IMG/VR virus record: IMGVR_UViG_3300046103_002580
Location: 1 to 39,070 of that record
Length of the DNA stretch: 39,070 nucleotides
Source: a virus
Taxonomy: Duplodnaviria > Caudoviricetes
Reading direction: 5' to 3' (one strand)
Below the pieces are notes generated by a model, which saw only the letters and a list, made by a program, of their open reading frames with translations, was not told the DNA's origin and made no database searches. Positions within the stretch are counted from its first letter, which is position 1; each line of letters opens with the position of its first letter. Positions 29,078-38,309 of this stretch are shown here, one piece after another. Both the position numbers and the translations under genes were made by a program.

Positions 29078-32000
29078 TTATTTAACTGTACTATTAAACA
29101 TTGCTTTATCTTTAAGAAAGGCAGCTAAATTTTTATTTCCTCGCTCAGTTAAAAGTGTTCTTATAGCATTATCTTGTATTTCAAGTATGCTCATTGTTCC
29201 ACCATATATTGATCCTGATGGATTTATATTTACTTTCTGAGATACATTTCCATCCGGTATGTAATTTCCTCCAACACCATCTTTAGAAGGAATATATGTT
29301 TCTAATTCATAATTTAAAACGTAATTATTTGAGTCTAATTTTTGCCAAGAATATTGTCCGCCTTTTACAGCCTTTTCAACTTCTACACTTTGATGCCAAT
29401 AGCCACCGAAAGAATTTATTGTTGAAGCAATTATAGATACATTACCGGCTTGATTTTTAAGTGATCCTTGACTTATGTCTTCACTTTGCGGAAATACCAT
29501 TGTAATACCATTTTTTTTAATATCGTTTCTTTGTTGTAAATTTAAACCTGCAAATTGATTGTCACCTCCACCACCTTTAACTTGAGCTGCCATCATTTGT
29601 TCATTAGGATAAAAAGTATAAAACGCTGCAGGATAGCCAAGTTTTTCTCCAAGATCTCCATATACAGCGCCATAAACAATTCTACCTCTTGGTGTTGCAG
29701 CTGGATTACTTGGTGTACCACTATTAGTTCTATAACTTAAAAAATTTGCATTAAATCCATCATCTACTTGTTTAGCAATAATACCTTCTGTTTGTGCTTC
29801 TTCTATATCTGTTATATAAAATATAGGTGATGTACCTTTAGCCTCTAAAGCATTTTTTTGATTTAAAAATGTAGCATATAGAATATCTGTTTTAGGATTA
29901 TTTACTTCAGCATCTATAAAAGCTTCTTGAACTCCATAATTTGATATTGAAGCTGTTGTATTGTCAAGGTTTTGATAAATACTATTAAATGTTGCCGTTT
30001 CTATTTCAGGATTATTTCCTTTTAATGCCTCATTCATAGGTTCATGTAATGTTTCATAAGCTTGTTCAGCTTCTTCCTTAACTTCACTTAAAGATATACC
30101 TCTCATTGTGTGAGGCATATCTATAGGTCTATTACCTCTTATTTTTTGTACTGCCGGTATACCAGTATCTTCTGTAGTATATTGTAACCCTGGTCCTTTC
30201 TCAACAAAATAAGGTGTTTGACTGTTAAAAACTTCTCTAACAACATCCATATTTTTTCTACCCAAAGTTTGAGTTATTAAATAGTTTTCATCTGGCGTAT
30301 TACCTGTATAAGAATCTATACCAGTTAAATCAGGATTTTTTAATTGTCCTTGTTTTGCATTTTCTATAGCTCTATCTACATATTCTTCTTTAGTTAACAT
30401 TATGTTTAGACCATTTTCATCATTTGTCCAAAGATCACCAAAACCAGATTCTATTAATGCTTGAGCGTTTGCTTTATCACTTCCTGTTAATAATTGTTTT
30501 ATATCATCATATGCATTCTTTTGTATATCTCTAGCTGTTATTTGTGCAAGTTTAGTTGAACGAACTAATTTGTCTGTGTCATTAAACATGTTTTTTAAAT
30601 TGACATATGAATTTCCATCATTTACAAAAAGTGGATAAAGCTTTGTTGTAGTTTCTTTATCATTTACTAAAGGTAAAAATTCATTATACAATAGGTTTAT
30701 AGCTTCTACATTTCTATAACCTAAATTTGTTCCATCTTTAGCAGTATCTTGTATAGATAAATAATTTCTAAGTTCTTGTGCTGTCATATTTTCCACCACT
30801 TTTTCACCTTCTTTATTTATTACATCTATAGGCATTGTACCTGCATCTTTACCAGCAGTAGAATAAAATGATTGATGATATGCAATAATACTTTCAATTT
30901 GTTTTTGTCTATCTTTATTTACTTGTTCAAATGATTGATCTGTACTTACTCTATATATATTCTTTTCATTATCTAAATCAAAAACTACTGCGCCTGCTTC
31001 TGTATAATTTTTAGTAGGGCTTCCCATTGCATTTAATATAGGATCATTAATTAAAGTACCATTTAATTCATCTATTTTTAGTTGTCTTTTATTTCTATTT
31101 CTAACCTCTTCAAGCATAAGACTGTATTGATACTGTCTTGCATCTTTAGCAGCATCTGTTTCCCTTATTACTGATTTTACATCTCTCATGCTATAAGCTT
31201 GAGCAGCTTTTATCATGTCAGTACGCATATTAGTAAATTGCAACATGGAATATGCTTTATTTAAAGTGCTTTCTAAATCGGGTGAATTATGATTTGCTAT
31301 ATCTCTAATCTTAAATTTATTTTTTAAGACTGCACTAACCGCATCAAAATCACTTTGAGCTTGTTGCATTAATTTTTCTTCATCAGATCCAGGAATTACA
31401 CCGGATGATTGCTTATAACTATCCCAACTTACAGTTGATTGTCTTCTTTCAGCTAACTCTGTAGTACCAGATTCAATTTCTCTATCATTATTAAATTGAA
31501 TATTATTTATGGTTGCTGTAGCCCATGCTTGTTGACCTTCTTGCACTGTTGAAAAAGCACCTTCTTTCATACCATTTGCAGCAAAATCTCTACTTGTAAC
31601 ATATGCTTGTGTTCTATATGCATTTTGAACTCTTGGTAAATCAGCCAATCTTTCTTGTATAATTGCTAATGCAGGACCTACTATAGCTTCACCATTGGTA
31701 GTTGTAATTATTATGTCACCATTTACTGAACCATCTTTGTTTACAGCGTAATGGTCATATTCCATTTTTAATGGAGGATCCATTTCACCAAGCATTTTTT
31801 GTGCCATTTTACCTAAATCAGCATCTGGAGTATAAGTATACAATCTTGCATCTAAAGCTTCTTCAGGGCTCATGTCAACAAAATCTTGCATTCTATATTG
31901 CAATTCTTTAACTCCGTCTGCCCACCACATATCTTGTTGATCTAAATCAGGTGATCTTTCTAAACGTGCAGCATAAGACATTTGTTTTTTATAATTAGCA

Positions 32001-32335
32001 GTTTTAACCATATCTTTAACAATTAACTTGTCTTCAAAAAATGGTGCAAAAACAGCTTTAGCTGATTGTGCATTTTGTGCTAATGATAAATCCATACCTG
32101 CAATTTTTTCTAAAGAAGGTGCAAGGTTGTTTACATATTGTTCACGTTTATCTGTAGTATCACTTCTCATTAGATCAGCATATACTACTTTATTATAAAC
32201 GTCATTTGTTGCTTGCCAATTAACATTGTACTTATCTTGTCTTGTATCAAGTACTGCAGACAAAAATTTATAGTCTGGAGTAAATGGTTTAATATCTGGT
32301 AAGTATTGTTCTGATCCTGGTACGTATGTTGCCAT
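29078..32335 (-). CDS. Putative internal virion (cargo/ejection) protein
   Basis: 1085 aa, helical N-terminal half, immediately upstream of the RNAP gene as in crAss-like gene order; no catalytic motif recognised. Confidence 0.6.
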   Translation of the reverse strand: MATYVPGSEQYLPDIKPFTPDYKFLSAVLDTRQDKYNVNWQATNDVYNKVVYADLMRSDTTDKREQYVNNLAPSLEKIAGMDLSLAQNAQSAKAVFAPFFEDKLIVKDMVKTANYKKQMSYAARLERSPDLDQQDMWWADGVKELQYRMQDFVDMSPEEALDARLYTYTPDADLGKMAQKMLGEMDPPLKMEYDHYAVNKDGSVNGDIIITTTNGEAIVGPALAIIQERLADLPRVQNAYRTQAYVTSRDFAANGMKEGAFSTVQEGQQAWATATINNIQFNNDREIESGTTELAERRQSTVSWDSYKQSSGVIPGSDEEKLMQQAQSDFDAVSAVLKNKFKIRDIANHNSPDLESTLNKAYSMLQFTNMRTDMIKAAQAYSMRDVKSVIRETDAAKDARQYQYSLMLEEVRNRNKRQLKIDELNGTLINDPILNAMGSPTKNYTEAGAVVFDLDNEKNIYRVSTDQSFEQVNKDRQKQIESIIAYHQSFYSTAGKDAGTMPIDVINKEGEKVVENMTAQELRNYLSIQDTAKDGTNLGYRNVEAINLLYNEFLPLVNDKETTTKLYPLFVNDGNSYVNLKNMFNDTDKLVRSTKLAQITARDIQKNAYDDIKQLLTGSDKANAQALIESGFGDLWTNDENGLNIMLTKEEYVDRAIENAKQGQLKNPDLTGIDSYTGNTPDENYLITQTLGRKNMDVVREVFNSQTPYFVEKGPGLQYTTEDTGIPAVQKIRGNRPIDMPHTMRGISLSEVKEEAEQAYETLHEPMNEALKGNNPEIETATFNSIYQNLDNTTASISNYGVQEAFIDAEVNNPKTDILYATFLNQKNALEAKGTSPIFYITDIEEAQTEGIIAKQVDDGFNANFLSYRTNSGTPSNPAATPRGRIVYGAVYGDLGEKLGYPAAFYTFYPNEQMMAAQVKGGGGDNQFAGLNLQQRNDIKKNGITMVFPQSEDISQGSLKNQAGNVSIIASTINSFGGYWHQSVEVEKAVKGGQYSWQKLDSNNYVLNYELETYIPSKDGVGGNYIPDGNVSQKVNINPSGSIYGGTMSILEIQDNAIRTLLTERGNKNLAAFLKDKAMFNSTVK

Positions 32336-32400
32336 ATTATAAAATTACTAAAATTTATTAAGTTTAAGAGAGTAAATATTAAAACTTTTAAGGTTTAATG

Positions 32401-34752
32401 TTACTTACCCATCTTACCTGTGTAGAATGGTACTGCCATTCTTTTAATTTCTTTTCCTGATGCTGCACTGGGATAACTACCAAAACCACTTTGACGTGCT
32501 TCTTGTTGATAATTAGTTCGATCTCTAGGTGGCATACCACCAACCATTTCTAAATAACCTTTAATTTGTGCATCACTAGCTTCTTTTCCTAATTCTCTAT
32601 CTAATTCAGCCATGTCATTAAAATATTGTTGTTTTCTAGCTTCTCTATCCGCTACACTCCCTGTTCTTTCTAACCCTCTAGAGTTAGTCATACCAACCAT
32701 ACCTCCGGTTCTAGGATCAACAGCATAGTTATCATAGGTAGTGTTTAAATTAAATGTATTTGCTCTATTAGTTAAAGCTGCATTTTGTAATGCTGCTTGT
32801 TGAGCTATTCTCCAATTCTTAAAATTGTCATTTGCTTGTAAAACTTTTTGAGTATCATCATATAGTTTAACTTTTCTGTTGCCCTCTAATTGATTAAACT
32901 GAGCATCCATTTGTGCATTCATAGCTTTAGCTCTATTATCAATTGCAACGTTTTTAGTATTAGTAGCACCAATTGCTCTTGCATTTGCTTTCATAACTTG
33001 ACCAGCTAAATTAGAATTAGCAACAGCCTGCGGTCCTCCCGCTGCTCCCAATGCTTGAGCTATTGCACCAGCATCAGCATTGTTTGCATTAACAGCACCT
33101 CTCCAATCATCAAAACTAGGAGAAAAAGAACTTCTTTCTATATCTGGTTGAAAAGGTAAATACAAATTATCATCTATTAAACCAAGAGCAGTTAAATTAT
33201 TTTGATCTTGTTTCCACCATTCTGCTCTAGGTGGTGTATATTCTTGTGGTATTACTTGTGGTATAACTTCATTAACTTTTTTACCAGTATTATTTTTTTC
33301 TTCAGTTACAATACCTTCTTCAGTAAATGTAAAAGGTCTTCTTGAAGAAGTTTCTACACCCATAAAACCATCTCTTTTAGGAGCGTAATCTTTTTGCAAT
33401 TGTTTTATTGCTTTAGCTTCATCTTCATCAGTAAATGTTTTTCCTACACGTTCACGCTCTATTTTCATAGCAGCTACTTGTTGAGGTATATGTGTGTCAT
33501 TAAACCATGTTTGAAATTTTAAAACTTCTGGATTTTTGCTTTTACCGTACTTAGGTAATGATTCTATTAAAACTTCAATATTAGGATATATGTCACCATA
33601 TGCTTCTATAAAACCTTCTATATTAGAAGCAGCATCAGCAAATAAACCACTTTCATTATAAGGTTGTGTATCATCATAAGTTGTTGAACCTATTCCTACA
33701 TCATTAAAACTTATACCCCAATCATTAGTATAGCGGTCTTGCATGCTTTGATCATATGCAATATTAGGTTTTTTTTCTGTACCAACTTGAGCTTTTTGAA
33801 GTACTTCTGTTCCATATCTTGCCATTGGTTGTTCTTGCATCATCATACCTTGCTGCATACCTTGCTGCATACCTTGTTGCATAGGTTGCTGCATACCTTG
33901 TTGCATACCTTGTTGCATACCTTGTTGCATACCTTGTTGCATAGGTTGTTCTTCTTGTGCAGCTTGCTGATCTACTTGTGCCATCATTTGTTGAAGCATC
34001 ATCATTTGTTGTTGTTGCTCAGGTGGCAATGATGCCATCATTCTCATTTCTGCTTCTTCTCTAGTTATTGCTTCCATTTTTGATGTAAATTCTATAGGAT
34101 CAATTCCTTGTTGTACTAAATATGGATGAGCCGCTAAAGGGACTCCATCTTCAAATTTCTTTTTAGATTCTTGAACAAATGCCACTTTAGATAAATTCAT
34201 CATATTTTTTTTAAGCATAAGCTCAGATGTAACAGCTTGTATTTTATCTGCATATGGTGATTCTAAATGTCCATAGTAATCATTAAGTTGATATTTTTTA
34301 GATAGTTTTGCAGGTGTCATTTTCTTTTTTGTGTTAATGCCAAATTCTGCTAACTCATCTTTTGTAAATTTCATTTTTGCTGTATCAGAATATATAAATG
34401 ATTGTTCTGGCAAAAACATTGGAACACCTCCTGAACTATGTCTTGGACCTGTTATATTATACAAACCAAATTGACCATCATTTGTTAAATCTGTTAATAC
34501 AGTTTCTCCACCTTCTGCTTCTATATTAGCCCTATCTCTAGGAACACTAGATAAACTATAACGTACTGACTTATCATCAGTATTATTAAAGTTAGTATTA
34601 CTATAATACTCTTGTGGAGTTGTTACTAACCCATAATCAGCTTGATCACCGGTGTAAAGCATCCCACCGTCTTTCATTACACGGTCTTCAACAATTTTAC
34701 CTTTTTCTAATTTATAACCTTTAGGTAATTTATTTATTTTAATTTTTGCCAT
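32401..34752 (-). CDS. Putative internal virion cargo protein
   Basis: 783 aa; NIEAEGGETV...GPRHSSGGVP motif, which I associate with Bacteroidota phage virion proteins; Q/M-rich repeat; N/A/Q-rich helical C-terminal part. Confidence 0.65.
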   Translation of the reverse strand: MAKIKINKLPKGYKLEKGKIVEDRVMKDGGMLYTGDQADYGLVTTPQEYYSNTNFNNTDDKSVRYSLSSVPRDRANIEAEGGETVLTDLTNDGQFGLYNITGPRHSSGGVPMFLPEQSFIYSDTAKMKFTKDELAEFGINTKKKMTPAKLSKKYQLNDYYGHLESPYADKIQAVTSELMLKKNMMNLSKVAFVQESKKKFEDGVPLAAHPYLVQQGIDPIEFTSKMEAITREEAEMRMMASLPPEQQQQMMMLQQMMAQVDQQAAQEEQPMQQGMQQGMQQGMQQGMQQPMQQGMQQGMQQGMMMQEQPMARYGTEVLQKAQVGTEKKPNIAYDQSMQDRYTNDWGISFNDVGIGSTTYDDTQPYNESGLFADAASNIEGFIEAYGDIYPNIEVLIESLPKYGKSKNPEVLKFQTWFNDTHIPQQVAAMKIERERVGKTFTDEDEAKAIKQLQKDYAPKRDGFMGVETSSRRPFTFTEEGIVTEEKNNTGKKVNEVIPQVIPQEYTPPRAEWWKQDQNNLTALGLIDDNLYLPFQPDIERSSFSPSFDDWRGAVNANNADAGAIAQALGAAGGPQAVANSNLAGQVMKANARAIGATNTKNVAIDNRAKAMNAQMDAQFNQLEGNRKVKLYDDTQKVLQANDNFKNWRIAQQAALQNAALTNRANTFNLNTTYDNYAVDPRTGGMVGMTNSRGLERTGSVADREARKQQYFNDMAELDRELGKEASDAQIKGYLEMVGGMPPRDRTNYQQEARQSGFGSYPSAASGKEIKRMAVPFYTGKMGK
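33844..33951. repeat. 12-bp coding tandem repeat, 9 units (QQGM/QQPM)
   Basis: CATACCTTG(C/T)TG units with two CATAGGTTG variants, read directly from the sequence. Confidence 0.95.
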
Positions 34753-34754
34753 AA

Positions 34755-37700
34755 TTATAGTATTTCAATATCAGCTCCTGCTGCAATTAATTTTGCTAAT
34801 AATGTTGAATCAACGTTCACTACTTCACCGCCTTCTTTTGCTGTACCTGCACCAGCAACAGTTCTTTGTCCTTCACTACCAAAAGTTCCATTAAACCATC
34901 TACCTCTTTTATCCATTGAGTCTTCTAATGTAGCATATTGATAATCAGCTCCTTTTTTAAGTTCAGCATCAATTTTTGCATCATTAACAGCTATATCTTT
35001 AAATGCATTGTTAATTACCTTAGAACCTTGGAAAGCAAATTCTGATCCATCAGTAATGCCTTTCATTTCTGGGCTATCAAGTATTCTATTTAAACCACCT
35101 TCAAATTTATTTGTTCTTGTTACTGATGGGTTTTGAAATGATGGATTTGTTTTAGTAGTGTTGTTATTAAAAGCAAGTCCAGTATTATTAAGAAAATTAT
35201 TATTAGATCCAAAATTACCAAATCCAATATTAGAACCAGATTCTTCATCGCCAAATGTTTGTGGTATATTACCAAAAGAACCATTATTATTATTAAGCTT
35301 ATCAAAAGAAGTTAAAGAATTAAATTTAGATCCTTCAACACCAAGTGTTTGTTGACCGGAACCATTATTATAATTTGCTATATAATTATTTAAGTTACTA
35401 ATCATGTTATTTGGAAAATTAAATGTACCTGCCTGTGCTTTTGGTAATGTTTCACCACCATCACGGTTCATATATTTTAATAAATCTCCGTAATCTATTT
35501 TAGAAGATTGTTCAAATGAATTATTAAGTTGACTTGATAAATAATCATTCAATTCATTTCTAACACCTTTTTCAGTTTCTTCAGCATTATTATAAAGGTA
35601 CTTAAAACCTTTCTGAGAGTTATTTAACCGATATGGTGCATTTGTTTGTCTAAACGCATTATTTAAATAATCCATTGTAAAATTTAAATCTGTAATGTCA
35701 CCTTCATCAACATATTTACCTATAGTTGCAAATGGTCTATCTATACTTGAGTTTATTGCATCATCAATTTCAAACCTACTTATATTTGTAAAAGGATTAT
35801 TACTGTTTAGTATCCTATCTGGTACATCCATTGTTTCACGATAAAAATCTCTTTTTCTTACTAATTCATCAAAAGTTTCTCTTAAACCAGGAGTTATTTC
35901 TTCACCGTTTTCTATTGCTTTTCTTATAATATCTAATTCTTTTTCAGCTTGTAATGCAATAGCACCTTTCTCATTAAAAACTTTATTAAATTCTGCATCA
36001 GATATATCTTCAAGGTACTGAAGTTTACCTGTATCATCTACTGGTGGAAAAGGTGTAAAGTTAGTAGCTGCAGAATTATCTGGAATCATTGCTTGATTGA
36101 CAGGTGTATTATCAATTTGTTTTACAGTTTGATTAATTATTTTATTTGGTTTAAGTTTTTGTATAATATTTTTAACTATAGGTGCAGATTTTGCTATACC
36201 TTTTTTAGCAAGAGATTTAATAATTCCTGCACCAATGTATGTTGTTGGATCAGAAACCATATCTAATGCTAAGGCTCCCCAAAAATTTTCTACAAGCGGA
36301 TTACCTTCATCATCTTGTAAACCAGACAATGTTTTAAGAGGTGAACCATTCATGTTTGTAAAAGAATAATCACCTTTAAGACCAGGCATAGCATCAGTAA
36401 AATTAAATTCCCCGTCTCCACGCCCAGTAAAATATTCACCGGCTTCAGCAACTAACGCGCTTGGTATACTTAATACATCAAGAGCATTTGATACTGGTGC
36501 TAATGTGTTATCATACCATGCATCAGTCCATTTATAATCATCATCAGTAGCAAGTTTATATGCTGAAGATAACATACTGCCTCCTCCTTGTTTTTCAGTT
36601 AAAGTACTACCTCCTACTTTATAGTAACCAGAATCTAAATCACCACGCGAAGTTTGCCTAAACATACTTTGTTGTGGTAAAGGTGTTATAGAATTAGAAA
36701 GTGTATTAGTTTTTACCGGTGTGTTAGTTTTTACAGGTGTATTAGCTGGTACTGATTGACCGTATTTATTAAAGCCCATCATGGTATTATACTGATTAGG
36801 ATTGCTTGCTCCTGGATCTACATAACTTACAGAACCTGTAGTTGGATCAATACTAAGTGTAGTACCTGCAGGCATTCCATTTTTTGAAGCATTACCATAG
36901 TCTAATATTTGTTGTCTTGTATCTTGATCTACATTATTAAAATAATTAAGGTTCTTACCAGAGTAAGCATTTAAATTTCCATAAACATCTTTATCTAAAC
37001 TTCTACTAGACATTATAGAATCATACTCACCTGTTTTTGTATTATAATTAACTCTAGAATTTTCATTTACATCATTTGTAAATGTTTGTAAATCTCTTAA
37101 AGTACCATCATTATTTGATGCATTATATAAATCTAAATTATCAAAACCATAAGAGTTAGGATCATTTTTATCTATACTAAGTTCATAATTATAATAATCA
37201 CCTTTTCTTAACTGATTGCGTTTTCTTTTTCCTTTTAAATCTCTAAAAGCACCATCTTTTAAACCATCTTCATTTTTATCACCTGAACCAAACATTTTAT
37301 TATAACCCGTTCCTAATACTTGAAGTGCATCAGGTACGCTAAAATTATTTCCTGATTCAAATGCTAAAGGGTTAACATAGTTAGGAGCTGTTGTCCATGT
37401 ATCATTTGATTGAACAACACCATCAATAGATCTGTTTCCTTTGTCATCTATTTCTAAACCTGTTTCTGCTTTAGGTGCATCATGATTATAACCTGCTTCT
37501 TTAAGTCTAAGATGAGTAGCCATATCTTTAGCTCTAATCTTTCTTTCACCTTTGTACATAAAGTGTGGTTTAAATTCACCACCTTCTTTCATACTTCCTG
37601 ACTGAGCTTTGGCCATCTCTCTTTTAATAACCATATCTCTATTTGCCAAGTAAGCTGTTTCTCCACCTTCTTCTTTCTTCCATCCTGCAGCATTTTTTGC

Positions 37701-38243
37701 AAAATTAGCCATTTGAACTATAGATGGTGGGTAAGCCTTTGTATTAGACATAACTTTATTATATGCTTCTGAAACACTCATACCACGTGCTTTAGCCCAC
37801 TTAGTAAACTTACCTTTATTTTTTGGTTTAATTTCTATACCTGATTTTGCTTGTAGTTGTTGTGACATTGCATCTTGTCCTTCAACCATTTGCTGTTGTT
37901 CTTGCATTTCAGCCTCTTTCATTATTGCTTCATTTCTAGCAATTTCTTGAGGGTCTTGAGTTTGTTCTTCTCTAGATGCAGGTTTAGGGGGTTGCATTTT
38001 TTGTTGAACTTGTTCAAATAAAGCAAGAACGTCATCTTCTTCATAACCAACAGTCATAAAAGCTTCTGCAATTAATTGTTGATCAACTTCTTCTTGAACC
38101 AAATTCATAACTACTTCAATAGGATCTCCCCCATCATTTATAGATGTAGATATAAACTCTGTAATTTGTTTTACAGCAGGATTCATTTCTTGAGGTGCAG
38201 CTTGTCCACCCATTTGCTTTACACTTTTTTTGTTTACTTTCAC
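34755..38243 (-). CDS. Modular putative virion cargo protein punctuated by xxxGG/AxxG motifs
   Basis: 1162 aa, GTG start (uncertain); 11 motif copies; small modules IEIKPKNKGKFT...ANFAKNAAGW and FKPHFMY...HLRLKEAGYNH. Confidence 0.65.
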   Translation of the reverse strand: MKVNKKSVKQMGGQAAPQEMNPAVKQITEFISTSINDGGDPIEVVMNLVQEEVDQQLIAEAFMTVGYEEDDVLALFEQVQQKMQPPKPASREEQTQDPQEIARNEAIMKEAEMQEQQQMVEGQDAMSQQLQAKSGIEIKPKNKGKFTKWAKARGMSVSEAYNKVMSNTKAYPPSIVQMANFAKNAAGWKKEEGGETAYLANRDMVIKREMAKAQSGSMKEGGEFKPHFMYKGERKIRAKDMATHLRLKEAGYNHDAPKAETGLEIDDKGNRSIDGVVQSNDTWTTAPNYVNPLAFESGNNFSVPDALQVLGTGYNKMFGSGDKNEDGLKDGAFRDLKGKRKRNQLRKGDYYNYELSIDKNDPNSYGFDNLDLYNASNNDGTLRDLQTFTNDVNENSRVNYNTKTGEYDSIMSSRSLDKDVYGNLNAYSGKNLNYFNNVDQDTRQQILDYGNASKNGMPAGTTLSIDPTTGSVSYVDPGASNPNQYNTMMGFNKYGQSVPANTPVKTNTPVKTNTLSNSITPLPQQSMFRQTSRGDLDSGYYKVGGSTLTEKQGGGSMLSSAYKLATDDDYKWTDAWYDNTLAPVSNALDVLSIPSALVAEAGEYFTGRGDGEFNFTDAMPGLKGDYSFTNMNGSPLKTLSGLQDDEGNPLVENFWGALALDMVSDPTTYIGAGIIKSLAKKGIAKSAPIVKNIIQKLKPNKIINQTVKQIDNTPVNQAMIPDNSAATNFTPFPPVDDTGKLQYLEDISDAEFNKVFNEKGAIALQAEKELDIIRKAIENGEEITPGLRETFDELVRKRDFYRETMDVPDRILNSNNPFTNISRFEIDDAINSSIDRPFATIGKYVDEGDITDLNFTMDYLNNAFRQTNAPYRLNNSQKGFKYLYNNAEETEKGVRNELNDYLSSQLNNSFEQSSKIDYGDLLKYMNRDGGETLPKAQAGTFNFPNNMISNLNNYIANYNNGSGQQTLGVEGSKFNSLTSFDKLNNNNGSFGNIPQTFGDEESGSNIGFGNFGSNNNFLNNTGLAFNNNTTKTNPSFQNPSVTRTNKFEGGLNRILDSPEMKGITDGSEFAFQGSKVINNAFKDIAVNDAKIDAELKKGADYQYATLEDSMDKRGRWFNGTFGSEGQRTVAGAGTAKEGGEVVNVDSTLLAKLIAAGADIEIL
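36701..36745. repeat. 18-bp coding tandem repeat, about 2.5 units (NTPVKT)
   Basis: GTGTATTAGTTTTTACCG / GTGTGTTAGTTTTTACAG / GTGTATTAG. Confidence 0.8.
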
Positions 38244-38255
38244 AACAATTAATTT

Positions 38256-38278
38256 ATATTATTAATATACGAATAATT
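38256..38278 (-). promoter_or_regulatory. Putative promoter upstream of the cargo genes (GTATATTA motif)
   Basis: Minus strand TTATTCGTATATTAATAATATA about 20 nt before the start codon. Confidence 0.5.
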
Positions 38279-38309
38279 CAATAGATTTACTAATATTTAA
38301 TGTTTAACC

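Noticed and set aside
33739-34032. HTLL-repeat ORF, or CRISPR-like array
   Set aside because: It is the antisense reading of the QQGM repeat; units are contiguous with no unique spacers.
1177-35305. Same-strand alternate-frame ORFs (1177-1398, 27084-27302, 35120-35305)
   Set aside because: Nested in long ORFs; the Cys-rich look of 1177-1398 results from reading Thr/Val/Ala codons out of frame.
343-35355. Short plus-strand ORFs antisense to long genes (e.g. 343-573, 3183-3515, 8222-8569, 16811-17299, 22319-22702, 28133-28468) and the minus-strand ORF 5499-5717
   Set aside because: They overlap well-supported genes on the opposite strand, have typical shadow-ORF composition and no motifs.
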